A stretch of DNA of 64,000 bases from contig QPMI01000401.1 of assembly GCA_004431415.1 (NCBI GenBank), positions 62,001-126,000 on the forward strand. The letters are read 5' to 3'. How positions within the stretch are numbered: the stretch's first letter is position 1; each line of letters starts with the position of its first letter. This DNA is from Cyanophora paradoxa CCMP329. Its lineage: Eukaryota; Plantae; Glaucophyta. Of this stretch, positions 38,655-49,808 are shown piece by piece. The notes beneath the pieces are model-generated. The model had not been told where the DNA came from. It made no database searches and was given only the letters and a program-made list of their open reading frames with translations. Made by a program: the position numbers and the translations under genes.

Positions 38655-41600
38655 ATGCCTCGACCAAGTAATCGAATTTCGAAAAATTTGCAGGATGAGA
38701 TTCTTGGCTACTACATGCAAGCAAAAGTAGAAGACAAATTGACCCGAGAGCAGGATATCTATTTCTTGAGAGAATTTACTTTCAAAGCAATTAGAATTCC
38801 AAAGTTGATTGATATCAGAGATACACTGAGAGGTATCGTAGAGCCTCGTTTGTATCGCAAGCAAGAGAAGAAGGAGAAGAGGGCTGAGAGAGCCGCTAAG
38901 AATGTTGAGAAGCAGAACAAGAAAGCAGCCGAAGCAAAGAAGCGGAAGCGCTTTGATCGCAAGCAGAATAAGAAGGCTAAACGTTCCGCTCGTTCCCAGA
39001 AGAATGTGGAAAAGCAGCAAAGTAAGCAGTTCAAAGCGCTGGTAAGGAGAATCATAAGGGATATTGAGGCCCAGGATGGTGATACAGTCTCGCTTCGTGT
39101 GAGGTTTTACCGAATTCCTGAAGACTTCAATAACCTCCCAAACAACTACGATGTTGTTATCCACGAAGACACACCTTACATTGAAACACAAAAATCCGGA
39201 AAACGCGCATTGATGCTTTCCTGCCCCAAGCAAGTGCTGGTGAGATTGCTTGAACAGGTGCAAGAGGACTTTAATAAATTCCTTGCATTGTGGACTCTGA
39301 ACGAGATTGCTTCCTTCCTGATTTCTATTAGGCAAAGCAACCCTCGCAATCGAGACTATCAATTCGTTAAGGTTTTCACGAATGATGCGCCCAATGGATC
39401 AGACATCAAGTATCCAGAGGTGATGACAATCGAGGAGATTATTGTCAGCGATAACAAAACAGTATACCCTTTGAATGAACGAGTTCTGCGAGATGGGCAG
39501 GCTCCAAAAATCGTTTCTCGTTTCGTGAAATACACCCTCAATGGTCAGGCTAAGTGTGTGATGGACCAAATATGTCCCGATGATTCACTTACCATCAAAG
39601 ATTGTTTAATCGAAGCATTACATCAGGTTCTATGCAAAGGGTTTGAGTATGCCCGCAGCATCAAGAAGTATAAGAAGGTCAACTACTCAAAAGACTGGCT
39701 CTTTGCTCAGATCAAGGGATATGAACCTAAGCCTGATTCTGATTGGGGAGTGAGTTTTGATGAGCTTCTTCCTTTCTTGAAAAAGTGGCGCATCAGGTTC
39801 ATTGCAATTGGAAAGGATGACAAGGTTATTCATACTCTTTCCTTCAAACCGAATCGAACCAACTCTCACTTAGTTCCCGCAAGTGTTTATGTGCAGATTG
39901 CAAATGACCACGTTTATGTATTAAATAAGGATCTCAGTAAACTGGTTCGTTCTTTCAATGGAACTGGCGCCCGTGAAACCAAGAAGAGTATGGGTTCAGC
40001 AGCCATGAAATACAAGATCAAAACACAGTTCAACGATAACAGCTTCTTTGCTTACAACGAGGAGGATATCATCAAGATCATTGCCAGAGAGAAAGATAGT
40101 AGTTCTGAAAAAATTAAGATCACATACAACAAGCCGTTACTAGAGTTGTTGGGAAGCTTCCGAAAGGCTAATCACGAGGTTCACACTTCCATTACAGATG
40201 AGGGAACAATAACCTACATTCACTACACAATAGAGGATAAAGATGTAATTATCCTTCCACCAGGCAACATGGTGGATATGGAAAATATTGATGTGAACCT
40301 TGCAGATGATGCCCATCGCAAGTTGTTTGATGAGATGAGTCAGATGATGTATAGGGCGCTTATCAACAAACCCTACAAGAGCAAATATAATCCAGAAACA
40401 TATGCAGCATTTACTAAAGGGCAACAGAGTGCATTGACTGGGTTCTTTGGATCTGCCTCTGAGGTCCGAACAATGGTAGAGAACATTGCCTATGGATCCA
40501 TTGATACTCACAAGCTCGACATTTCCAAAGCATACACACACATCGTTTCGAAAGTGCTTAAGGTGTTTCCAGTTTTCAGTTCATTTGATAGATTCGAAAA
40601 AGTCAAAGTGTCTTGCAGCTCGGACATCGAAGACAATTCGTTCTATTCCGTGAAAGTGAAAGCCAAACACTTCAAAGCATTCAGAAATTATGGTGAGGCG
40701 AATACCTTGAATCAATACAAGAGGATTCTCGTCGATTCAAAGTATAACCTGATGTATGGTGAGGTTTTGAAAGAGTTTTACGAGGATATTAAGGATGACA
40801 TCAGCATTGAGGCAGTTCTAAGACCTTATCGGATTGCCGAGAATGTCACCTTGCAGGCTTTCAAGCAGTTGTATGAAAGTCAGCTTTCGACCAAGGAGAA
40901 GAAAGACATTGCCAACCATCACATTGGTCTATTTGGTAAGAAGTCCCAGCGAAAAGCAACCACCTACACCTTTTTCAATAAAAATGATGCTCTGAATTTC
41001 ATTGAAGAGAATGGAGGGACCCTGAAGTTTATAAGTTTCGATCAAGAGAAGCCAACACACACATCAGTTAAGAATGAGAAGGACATTAAATCGCCCATGA
41101 TTTGGTATGTGAACCAGGAAGAACAAGAACGGGCTTTCATTGATGGTTTCCTGCCAATGCAGTGCGTGATTTACTCCACCATGCGAGGCATCATGTATCG
41201 CCTATGCAAGAAATTGCTCTCTGAGGGAGTGGGAGTCCTTGCAATCAAGACCGATGAGCTGACAATCGATAGACCATATCCATTCGAGCAGTTTGACCGA
41301 AACCTATTCGAGAACACTGGAAAGTTTGATGTGAAGCCAGCAAACATGAACTCGATAACCCACAGTAAGAGGACTTCCAAAAAACCAAAGAGCCACATGA
41401 TCACATTTGATCGACTCAAAACTCGTTCCAAACCTTTCATCAATGTTGAAAAGATTGTTCACAAGGTTCACAAGTTCCAGGATGAGTATGACCTCCCAGC
41501 AATCGTAAATGCTTTGGATGGGCAAGGTAATGTGCTGATTAAAGGAGTGAAACCGGGAACTGGTAAGACTACTTTGGCAAAGGCAATGGCCAAGAAGTAT

Positions 41601-42839
41601 GGTAAGAAATGCTTGTTCGTTGCGCCTACTAATAAGAGATGCAAGGATTTGCGAATGGAACTAAAAGCAGAGTGGGGGCAGGATGCTCCTGAGGTGATGA
41701 CTATTTATCGAGCCTTGAATTTGAATGTTGATGATGAGAGAATGAAGGGAAATGTTGGGAAGAAGGTTTCGGAATTATCTAAGTACGATTGCTTTGTTAT
41801 TGATGAGATCTACCAGTTTGAGATTAGGGAATTGGAATCTCTGTGCGATGTGATGACTGTGCAGTTCCCAGACAAACTCTACATCGCAACAGGCGACCCC
41901 TACCAGAACCCACCCATCCAATTCATAACAGTCAATCAACGAGATTACTACAACAAGATCTTCGATAGACTTTTCAAGAACGAGGTTTACCTGCAGGTTG
42001 GAAAGCGTCATAAACTGGCTGCAGATCAGAAGAAATTCGACCAGTTATGGGAGGACTTATTCAGGACTGAACTACCAGTTTCTATTGCTGCCAGACGATT
42101 GGGCTTGAAAGTAGTTGATACATTGGAGAAGGGTGATATCTCAGTATGCAATTCAAACCGCAAGTGTGCAGAGGTGAACAACAAAATGCATAAAATGATT
42201 CATGGAGAGGATCCTGTATATAAGACAGGTGTGGAGCTGATTGCAAAGGTGCGAATGACAACAAGTGAGGGCATCATTCAGCGGGGCTTTGTTTACGAAG
42301 TGGTCGAATACAAAGCCAAGGAAATTCTCACTCTCAAAGACATTGATTCGGGTGAAGTGCATACTCTAAAAAGCGAAGATATCAAGTATTTCGCATTGAC
42401 CCATGCTTTCACCTGTCACATCATTCAGGGTGACACAATCAGGGATTCTCGTGTTGTAATTCACGAGACTGGGTCCCCATATGTTACTGCTGAGTGGTTC
42501 TATGTTGCAGCAACTCGAACCCAGAATCTCTCAGATACTGTGATTTTCGTTGATAAATCCGAGGCAGCCACAATGGTGAAAACGAAGGAGGATCAAGCTC
42601 AGAAAATCGATTCCTACAAATCCCAAGACAAACAAGCCAATCGGGAGTTCTCCTTGGCAGAGTATGTTGATTGGGACTGGTTCAAAAAGCAGTATGGGAA
42701 GCAATTGGGGCGATGCAGAAGGTGCTTTGATATTATGGATTTCGAAGAAGCCACTGTTGATCGGGAGAACAATGCTATCGCTCACATTTCTCGAAACTGT
42801 TTCTTGTCACATTGTAGGTGTAACTGTTCAGCCCAGTAA
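38655..42839 (+). CDS. Degenerate protein-primed PolB fused to SF1 (Pif1/RecD-like) helicase and C-terminal HNH-like domain (element B)
   Basis: PolB-like motifs LDISKAY (A), KDIANHHIGLFGKK (B), AIKTDEL (C); helicase GVKPGTGKT, FVAPTN, VIDE, ATGDPYQNPP, AFTCHIIQGDT, FYVAATR; C-term CRRC...TVDRENNAIAH...N...CN; first ATG at 38655. Confidence 0.88.
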   Translation: MPRPSNRISKNLQDEILGYYMQAKVEDKLTREQDIYFLREFTFKAIRIPKLIDIRDTLRGIVEPRLYRKQEKKEKRAERAAKNVEKQNKKAAEAKKRKRFDRKQNKKAKRSARSQKNVEKQQSKQFKALVRRIIRDIEAQDGDTVSLRVRFYRIPEDFNNLPNNYDVVIHEDTPYIETQKSGKRALMLSCPKQVLVRLLEQVQEDFNKFLALWTLNEIASFLISIRQSNPRNRDYQFVKVFTNDAPNGSDIKYPEVMTIEEIIVSDNKTVYPLNERVLRDGQAPKIVSRFVKYTLNGQAKCVMDQICPDDSLTIKDCLIEALHQVLCKGFEYARSIKKYKKVNYSKDWLFAQIKGYEPKPDSDWGVSFDELLPFLKKWRIRFIAIGKDDKVIHTLSFKPNRTNSHLVPASVYVQIANDHVYVLNKDLSKLVRSFNGTGARETKKSMGSAAMKYKIKTQFNDNSFFAYNEEDIIKIIAREKDSSSEKIKITYNKPLLELLGSFRKANHEVHTSITDEGTITYIHYTIEDKDVIILPPGNMVDMENIDVNLADDAHRKLFDEMSQMMYRALINKPYKSKYNPETYAAFTKGQQSALTGFFGSASEVRTMVENIAYGSIDTHKLDISKAYTHIVSKVLKVFPVFSSFDRFEKVKVSCSSDIEDNSFYSVKVKAKHFKAFRNYGEANTLNQYKRILVDSKYNLMYGEVLKEFYEDIKDDISIEAVLRPYRIAENVTLQAFKQLYESQLSTKEKKDIANHHIGLFGKKSQRKATTYTFFNKNDALNFIEENGGTLKFISFDQEKPTHTSVKNEKDIKSPMIWYVNQEEQERAFIDGFLPMQCVIYSTMRGIMYRLCKKLLSEGVGVLAIKTDELTIDRPYPFEQFDRNLFENTGKFDVKPANMNSITHSKRTSKKPKSHMITFDRLKTRSKPFINVEKIVHKVHKFQDEYDLPAIVNALDGQGNVLIKGVKPGTGKTTLAKAMAKKYGKKCLFVAPTNKRCKDLRMELKAEWGQDAPEVMTIYRALNLNVDDERMKGNVGKKVSELSKYDCFVIDEIYQFEIRELESLCDVMTVQFPDKLYIATGDPYQNPPIQFITVNQRDYYNKIFDRLFKNEVYLQVGKRHKLAADQKKFDQLWEDLFRTELPVSIAARRLGLKVVDTLEKGDISVCNSNRKCAEVNNKMHKMIHGEDPVYKTGVELIAKVRMTTSEGIIQRGFVYEVVEYKAKEILTLKDIDSGEVHTLKSEDIKYFALTHAFTCHIIQGDTIRDSRVVIHETGSPYVTAEWFYVAATRTQNLSDTVIFVDKSEAATMVKTKEDQAQKIDSYKSQDKQANREFSLAEYVDWDWFKKQYGKQLGRCRRCFDIMDFEEATVDRENNAIAHISRNCFLSHCRCNCSAQ

Positions 42840-43897
42840 TGGAGAATATTCTATCATACAAAAAATACAAACAGAAGCTCATTAGTGAAGGGAAGGAATT
42901 TGATGAGGCGGAACTGAGAAACAAGTATAAGAATTCCGAACTGCATCAAATTTTCAAGAAGCCTAGGAAAAAGACTACGTTTTTAAGAATAGTTGCCCAG
43001 CCATACTCATTTCAGGTTGATGTCATGTTTTTCAGAAAGTTTAAGACAGCAAATTATGGATACATTAAAGCGCTTAGTTTCATTGACATTCTAAGTAGAA
43101 AGGCATTTGTGTATGCTTTCAAGACCAGCGAAGAGATTCCGGGAATACTTAATAAATTCAAGGGCGAAGCAGGTAAGGTTGTAGGATTGGCAGGGGATAA
43201 TGAGTTTTCCAGTGCGGTTTATCGAACTTGGTGCAGTGAAAATGGTGTCGAATTGTATACAGATGTTGCGAAAGAAGATCACATTTCTGCTGGGAATAAA
43301 CTTGGGATAATCGATCGATTCACTCGAACCTTCAAACAATACATGAACAAACTCATGGTCTCGAGGAATACTTCGAAGTGGGTCGAATTAATCCCAGATG
43401 TGCTAAAGGCTTACAATAACTCGCCTCATTCATCACTGAACAATGATTCCCCAAACCAAGTGTTTGCAAGTCCACAGAAGCAAATGTTTATTTTCCTAAA
43501 AACCACCAAGCATAACATGGATGTTAAAGAGAATCAACCCGATAAAATCAAACCAGGAGATACTGTAAGAGTTTTAGAGGAGAGAGGTGCATTCTCAAAG
43601 GAAGGCCCCAGGTTCAGTCAGAAGATTTACAAAGTAGCTGGGAAAGATGCTAATCGATTCAAGGTGCTTGAAGATAATGGAGATGATGCAGAGGAATTAA
43701 AGAGACGTTTTAAGCAACAAGAGTTACAGAAAGTGAAACGAGATGAGATAATGAAAATTCCACAGCAAATGAGGATTCAAGCTGTAAAGAAAACAAACAC
43801 AGTGAATCGAAAAGTTGCAAAAGAGGGAATCAAACCAAATCGCAGCAAAGTTGTTAGAAAAAGGTATCAATTAAGAAGCGGATTAACTAAAAGGTAG
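42839..43897 (+). CDS. Retroviral-like (rve) integrase (element B)
   Basis: FQVDVMF, FIDILSRKAF, GDNEF, GIIDRFTRTFK, YNNSPHSSL, KPGDTVRV; start overlaps the upstream stop (TAATG) and the stop abuts the right TIR. Confidence 0.92.
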   Translation: MENILSYKKYKQKLISEGKEFDEAELRNKYKNSELHQIFKKPRKKTTFLRIVAQPYSFQVDVMFFRKFKTANYGYIKALSFIDILSRKAFVYAFKTSEEIPGILNKFKGEAGKVVGLAGDNEFSSAVYRTWCSENGVELYTDVAKEDHISAGNKLGIIDRFTRTFKQYMNKLMVSRNTSKWVELIPDVLKAYNNSPHSSLNNDSPNQVFASPQKQMFIFLKTTKHNMDVKENQPDKIKPGDTVRVLEERGAFSKEGPRFSQKIYKVAGKDANRFKVLEDNGDDAEELKRRFKQQELQKVKRDEIMKIPQQMRIQAVKKTNTVNRKVAKEGIKPNRSKVVRKRYQLRSGLTKR

Positions 43898-44088
43898 TTG
43901 GGTGTAATGCATATAACTTCGATTGATTAGATTTTAGATATAACTTCGATTAAATAAAATAGATTGTGACTGAGGCTTACTGAGATTTACTGAGATTGGG
44001 GATTGGGTTACTGGGAATCATGCGGATATTGCTTGAAGGGGCAAATTATATTGGGGTAATTTTTGGGTGTAATGCTCACAGCTCAGCT
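43898..44088 (-). repeat. Element B right TIR (191 bp)
   Basis: Reverse complement of 32670-32860. Confidence 0.95.
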
Positions 44089-44094
44089 CCGCTA

Positions 44095-44352
44095 GGTAGT
44101 ATCTAACGTCTAGTCCGATCGATCTTGCAAAAGATATAGCAGTAATTTTAGGCGGACCCCAAAGCGCTGGTCTCGGAATAATCTTCAACATCATCTAGAC
44201 GTTAATTGTGTGTATTTCGAATCTAAAAAACAAAGAGGTTTCAAGGGTTATGCTACACGTAATTACTATATCATCGGAATCTAATTACATACTCGAGTTC
44301 AGGTTCTAGCTAGACGCTAATTATTCCCACCGATGACGTAGTCCAAGTTTAG
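44095..44352 (+). repeat. Element A left TIR, inner part displaced by element B
   Basis: Reverse complement of 54144-54402 apart from a 1-bp homopolymer difference (C4 versus G5). Confidence 0.93.
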
Positions 44353-44455
44353 GTTCAGGTGGTTTATCTTATTTTGTCTTAAAGAGATCTCTATCCAATA
44401 TTGCTATGTAAAGTTGCGTTTAAAATAATCAAAAAAATTGTGATATATACTTCCA

Positions 44456-47400
44456 ATGGACGTTACCCAGAATAATGCAGCGACTCGGCGCTTCCGGTCA
44501 GCCCGTATTAAAGACCAGATCGAAGCGCTCACGACTTCATTGTACAATCTACGTGTCATACATGGTGCCTTCAAAAATAAATTGCTAAGAATTACAGCGC
44601 AAGGATCGAGAACAAGATATACAACGTTGGAAAAATACGCTTCACTATTGAACGAACTATCTCGACTTCCTAGACCAACGCGTCCTGTGTCAGGTCGTCG
44701 ACTAGAGCTAGCGATCGCAGAGGGGCAGGCAGAGATCGTCCGTGGCTTTGCCGAGCTGCCTGAGGTTGACGTCGGAGATGATGTTCAAATCAACGACGGG
44801 ACTACGACTACAGCGCTTGACGGGCGATATGCAGAGTGGAAATATCAGCTACCACGCGGATCAGGACGTGTAACATCAATGCAAGCCAGATTTGAAAACA
44901 ACGAACTTTTCAAACAGAATGCTATATCATTCGTAAGCGCCCAGGTAAATCTTGCAGAGACGTCAAGAATGGGCATTGCACTACAAATCTCTGGATTGGG
45001 TGTCTACAGAAAGCCAGAGACAGATTCTACGATCGCTATCGTTATTGAACATCGTCGTTTCGATCGCATCGAACCAGGGACAAGCATTGAGGCGGCCTTG
45101 CGTTCACAGCTCGAAGAATTAGACATGATCTCGGAAGAGAAAAGCAGGGATTCCTCAGTATTTGACACGTGGGTGTATCTGGTCTTTAAAACTGTGCGCT
45201 ATTTCCGAAGGATTGGTGGCCGTGGCCGAGGCTTTGTACTGCCAAAATGGCTCTCAGACAAGCACGCGCTTATCAATATAAATGCACCGAACAACGAGTG
45301 CTTTAAATACGCAGTCCTTTCTGCTCGCAATCCATTGGGCGAAGGTGTTGATTCTCGGCATGCAGGAAACTACCGCCAGCACGAGACATCGCTGGACTGC
45401 TCAATGCTTACATATCCGACACCGCTTGACTCGAGGATGTTCACCAAATTCGAGCAAGCAAATAACGTCAAACTCTGCGTTTATACAACTGCTCTAGATA
45501 AGCAGGATATCATACCAATCCATATCAGTGCTGCGAGAGACGCAATCCCAATACTGTATGTGCCGGCTGGGGAGGGAAACGATGTTGGGCATTACCTCTG
45601 GATTAAGAGCGTCTCACGACTGTTCCGAAAGAACGAATCAAATGCAAAGCACTATTGCTTAGCCTGCCAGGTCGGTTTTAGCTCAGATCAAGCATTTGAA
45701 AATCATCTTAAATATGACCGCTGTCTCGAACGCGATGAACACGCACGAGATGTTCTGCCCAAAAAAGGAGCTCACATCCAGAAGTTTATTAACTATGAGT
45801 ACACAATCCGCCAACGTCTGGTCGGATATGCTGATTCAGAGACTATTACAATGCCGATTCCCTGCATTAGTGGAAAGACCGAAAAAAAAGGTTTGCATGT
45901 GATTGCTTCAGTCGGCTGTCTGGTTGTATCTTCGAAAGGCGAACAGTTTTCATTTAAATGTATGGGTTCCGAGAATGAAGACTGTGCTGATAAGTTCGTA
46001 AAATGGCTTGACGAAATGGAACCACAATTTAGAGAACTTCTCAAAGCAAGTGTACCAATCCAGATGAATCCGGAAGAGGAACAGTGTTTTCAAACAACGA
46101 CAGACTGTTATATGTGCAAAAACACGTTCAAAGATATCAAAGACAAGCACCGTGATCACTGTCATGATACAGGTAAATACATTGGAGCAGCCTGTCGTGC
46201 TTGCAATCGCCGCCGTGCAAAATCTGCTGCTGTTCCTATATTCTTTCATAATGGTCGTGGATTTGACTTTCACCTGTTCGTGAGAGCAATAGCATCTGGC
46301 AAAAACCGCCGTTCAGCAGCTTGGGCTGAGTTTCAAGCACATGTCGAAAGTGAGTTTCAAAGCAAGTACGGTGGACGTGAGATGACCCCAGAGCAGAAAA
46401 AGAAGGTTAAGAAGGGGCTCGAACGCCGGCTCCGCCCGCAGAGTCTCCTTTCGATCAAATTTGATCAAACCTTTCAGAATAGCGAGAAGATATCACAGTT
46501 TAAGTATGGAATTTATGTACTTCGTGATTCGATGCAACATTTGAATGCTAGTTTGGATGATCTAGCGAAAGCGGTCCCAGCGGAGAAGAAGAAGATCACG
46601 CGCACAATGTATCCGGATGATACTAGATTCGAGTTGATGACAAGCAAGGGGATATATCCATATAGCTATATATCAAGCTGGCAACGTTTTCAAGAAACAG
46701 AACTACCTGTACGTCGATACTTTAAGAACGAACTAAAACAAAAGAAATGCTCAAAAGACGAGTACGCACATGCTCAGATCGTTTGGAGAAAGCTTGCATG
46801 TAGAACGATATCAGACTATACTATGGAATATATGAATACTGACATTTCGTTACTTGCCGATGTATTTGAAAACTATCGTGATACATGCATGGAAACGTAT
46901 GGATTAGATCCAAGCTATTTCATATCATCACCAGGATTCGCTTGGCAAGCTGCTCTTAAACGCACAGGAATTAAGCTTGAGCTTTTTCACGAGGGACAAC
47001 AAGATATGTATAGATTCATAGAATCAGGAATTAGGGGTGGCATCAGCATGATATCAAAGAGATACGCTAAAGCTGATAACGAGTTCCTGAAACACGTAAA
47101 AGACATGAGTTCAAGAGTGATTGCAAAGAATAAAAAGAAAGCAGCAAAAGCAGCGACAATTTTAAAGAAATTTGGAAAATATACGCATGCTGATGAATCA
47201 GCAACCCAGATTGAATGTGTGCAAAACTACGAAAAAACAGGCAAAGAATCGTGGCTGATGTACCTTGATGCGAATAATCTGTATGGCGTTGCTATGAAAC
47301 AAAAACTCCCCACTGGAGGTTTCCGCTGGGAAAAACTCGATCAAGATGTTGATGCTATGCAGTTCGTTGAAAACCTTGACGCTGATGGTCCTCGTGGCTA

Positions 47401-48582
47401 TGCTCTAGAAGTTGATATGTACATGCCTGACCATCTCCACGATGATTTCTCAGATTATCCACTAGCTCCTGAACGAATGTGCGTGTCCATAGATCATCTA
47501 TCGAAACAACAGCAGGATATGATTAACAACGAAAAGCTTACTTCAGTCGAAAGAACCCCAAAATTGGTTCCAAACCTGTTGCCAAAGAAGAATTATGTTG
47601 TTGATGGGCGTTTGCTTAAGCTTTATACTACACTGGGAATGATTGTAACCAACATCCACCGTGTTTTATCGTACGAACAAAGTGCGTGGCTGAACGATTT
47701 CATCGATCTTAATACAAGTGAACGCAAGCGTGCTGATCACAAATACAAACAGGATCTCTTCAAGTTAATGAATAACAGTGTATTCGGAAAGACGATGGAG
47801 AACGTGAGAAAACACTGTTTCTCCGAGCTTGTTACATCTGGTGATCGTTTGGCAAAGATAAACAGCGAACCAAATCGGTTGAAGCAGGTGGTGATGTACG
47901 AAGAGAACCTTGTATTCGTTTCCAAGCGAAAAAGTGAGTATAATTTAAATAAACCAATTTACTGTGGATTTGTCATTCTCGAATTGTCCAAGCTGCACAT
48001 GTATCGCTTCTACTATCAGGTGCTCAAACCGCTTTGGGGTCATCGGCTTAAGCTACTTGGAACTGATACTGACAGTCTCATCATCGAGGTTCGCACCAAA
48101 GATATCTATGCTGATTTACGCTCAATCAAGCATGAGCTGGATGTTAGCGACTACCCAGAGACACATCGATTCTTTGATGGCATGACAGCCGATGAGGTTC
48201 GAGCTCTACGATCGATGGGGAAAACTCCGGGATTATTCAAGGATGAGCTTCATGGTCTACAAATGACAGAGTGGATCGCTAACCGGCCGAAATCTTACTA
48301 TTATTCGCGTGAAGATTCCACAGATAAGCAGGTGTGCAAAGGTATTCAAAAAACATATTACAACAGACTCACAAGGGATGTATTCCTCCGGTGTGTCTGC
48401 CCAAAAAAGGAGAAAAACAATCGTATGATATCAAAGGAATTCTCGGTTTCCGTTCGAAACGACATGAAATATATCTGCAAAATACCTCTCGTCAAGCGTT
48501 GCATCCGCTAGATACGAAGCGTTTTCTAGATAATGATAAAATCAACACCTGGGCTATTGGGCATTACAAAAATCGTGTCTGA
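44456..48582 (+). CDS. Protein-primed family B DNA polymerase (element A), with a -1 frameshift near 48405
   Basis: Exo I GYADSET, Exo II FHNGRGFDFH, Exo III YMNTDISLL, motif A YLDANNLYG, B KLMNNSVFGKT, C GTDTDSL; endonuclease VII-like insert CYMC..RDHCHDTGKYIGAACRACN; conserved C-terminus (FRSKRHEIY..ALHPLDTKRF..TWAIGHY) lies in the -1 frame ending at 48582. Confidence 0.93.
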
Positions 48583-48591
48583 ATAATAAGG

Positions 48592-49494
48592 ATGTACACT
48601 CTAACAGCGCCACCTGGTGCATGGCAAATTGATGTATTATTTATTGGGAGATATCGCCTGTTTGCGGCCGTAGAAATTGCAACCCGTTTCGCTATCGTTC
48701 GAAAAATAGAAACATTCAAACAACTTCCAAAAATGATTGAGCAACTGCCAGGGATCTGGGGTTTCTCCGCCGACAACGGTTTTAACACAGCTGCGATTCG
48801 GGCAATGGTCGAAGAGAACTCGTTGAAAATACACACTGATGTTGCCAAAGATGACCACATTTCTAAAGGTAACAAACTTGGAATTATCGACAGGTTCGCT
48901 AGGACATTGCGAGCACTTATCCAAGCTGACACTGAAGCACGTGGATCACCGCATTTCCTCTCACGTTTGCCGGCAATTGTCAAGGCGTACAATGAGACAG
49001 CCCACAGTGCATTTGGCGAGGAGCGATCACCAACGTGGATGCGTGAAAATACACAGGTTGCCGAACAGCTTCACCAAGTGCGACAGCGACAGAACGATAT
49101 TGAACGAGAGAACACAAATATGCCTAAACCTGGCACGGAGGTGCAGATCCTTGAGCCAAAGAGCAGTGTTTTTGCGAAGGGTCTGGCAAAACCAAGCAAA
49201 GAGACGTACATAGTTGCTGGCGCTGATAAGAACCGCGTTAGGTTAATTACAAAGCAAGGTGTGGAAATTTCTAGGCGTGTTAAACCATCTGAAATACGTC
49301 AACCTCGTGATCTCCCTGATCAAACACGAATCGAAAAAGAAGAAGTGAAAATGCGACAGCAGAGACGATTGAGACGCGAGGGATTGATCGAAACGAAAAA
49401 ATACAGCGGCCAAAACCGGAAGGATCGAGAGCTCAAGAAGCTTGAGATTGCAGGAGAGCCAAAGCTTAGAGCTGGTGCTAAGCAACGTCTTTAG
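48592..49494 (+). CDS. Retroviral-like (rve) integrase (element A)
   Basis: WQIDVLF, SADNGF, TDVAKDDHISKGNKLGIIDRFARTL, YNETAHSAF; clearly homologous to the B integrase. Confidence 0.88.
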   Translation: MYTLTAPPGAWQIDVLFIGRYRLFAAVEIATRFAIVRKIETFKQLPKMIEQLPGIWGFSADNGFNTAAIRAMVEENSLKIHTDVAKDDHISKGNKLGIIDRFARTLRALIQADTEARGSPHFLSRLPAIVKAYNETAHSAFGEERSPTWMRENTQVAEQLHQVRQRQNDIERENTNMPKPGTEVQILEPKSSVFAKGLAKPSKETYIVAGADKNRVRLITKQGVEISRRVKPSEIRQPRDLPDQTRIEKEEVKMRQQRRLRREGLIETKKYSGQNRKDRELKKLEIAGEPKLRAGAKQRL

Positions 49495-49786
49495 CAAGAC
49501 ATCTACGCGAAATAGCATTTCTGTGGTACTCCCGAATACGATCAGGATTTTCAGCTCGATATTTTGCTGTGATGGCAAGCTGTTTCAAACGATATGTTTC
49601 GTTCGTATGACGTAGTTTACGATTCCGTTCAGCATTCTTTCTGCGTCGCTCTGCTAAAATCTCCGGTGTTACCTCTATTGGCTTACGACCCTTCTTCTTT
49701 GGTTCATATGAATCCATTGTCAAAAGACGAACCTTTGGCGGACGTCCACGGCCACGCTTTACAGCAGTATAATCTGCAGAACTCAT
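49478..49786 (-). CDS. AT-hook DNA-binding protein (element A)
   Basis: KRGRGRPPK and KKKGRKP motifs followed by a basic helix; ATG at 49786. Confidence 0.7.
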   Translation of the reverse strand: MSSADYTAVKRGRGRPPKVRLLTMDSYEPKKKGRKPIEVTPEILAERRRKNAERNRKLRHTNETYRLKQLAITAKYRAENPDRIREYHRNAISRRCLAKDVA

Positions 49787-49808
49787 TGTTCGCTTATCTC
49801 TCAATAAT

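Larger units (their letters stand above)
32670..44088. mobile_element. Element B: Polinton-like endogenous virus (11,419 bp), degenerate-PolB/helicase type, nested in the left TIR of A
   Basis: Termini AGCTGAGCTG...CAGCTCAGCT, 191-bp TIRs, 6-bp TSD CCGCTA (32664-32669, 44089-44094); the uninterrupted target is visible in A's right TIR (54403-54408). Confidence 0.96.

Noticed and set aside
38529-39362. 277-aa hydrophobic antisense ORF in element B
   Set aside because: Shadow of the Lys/Arg/Glu-rich sense coding region
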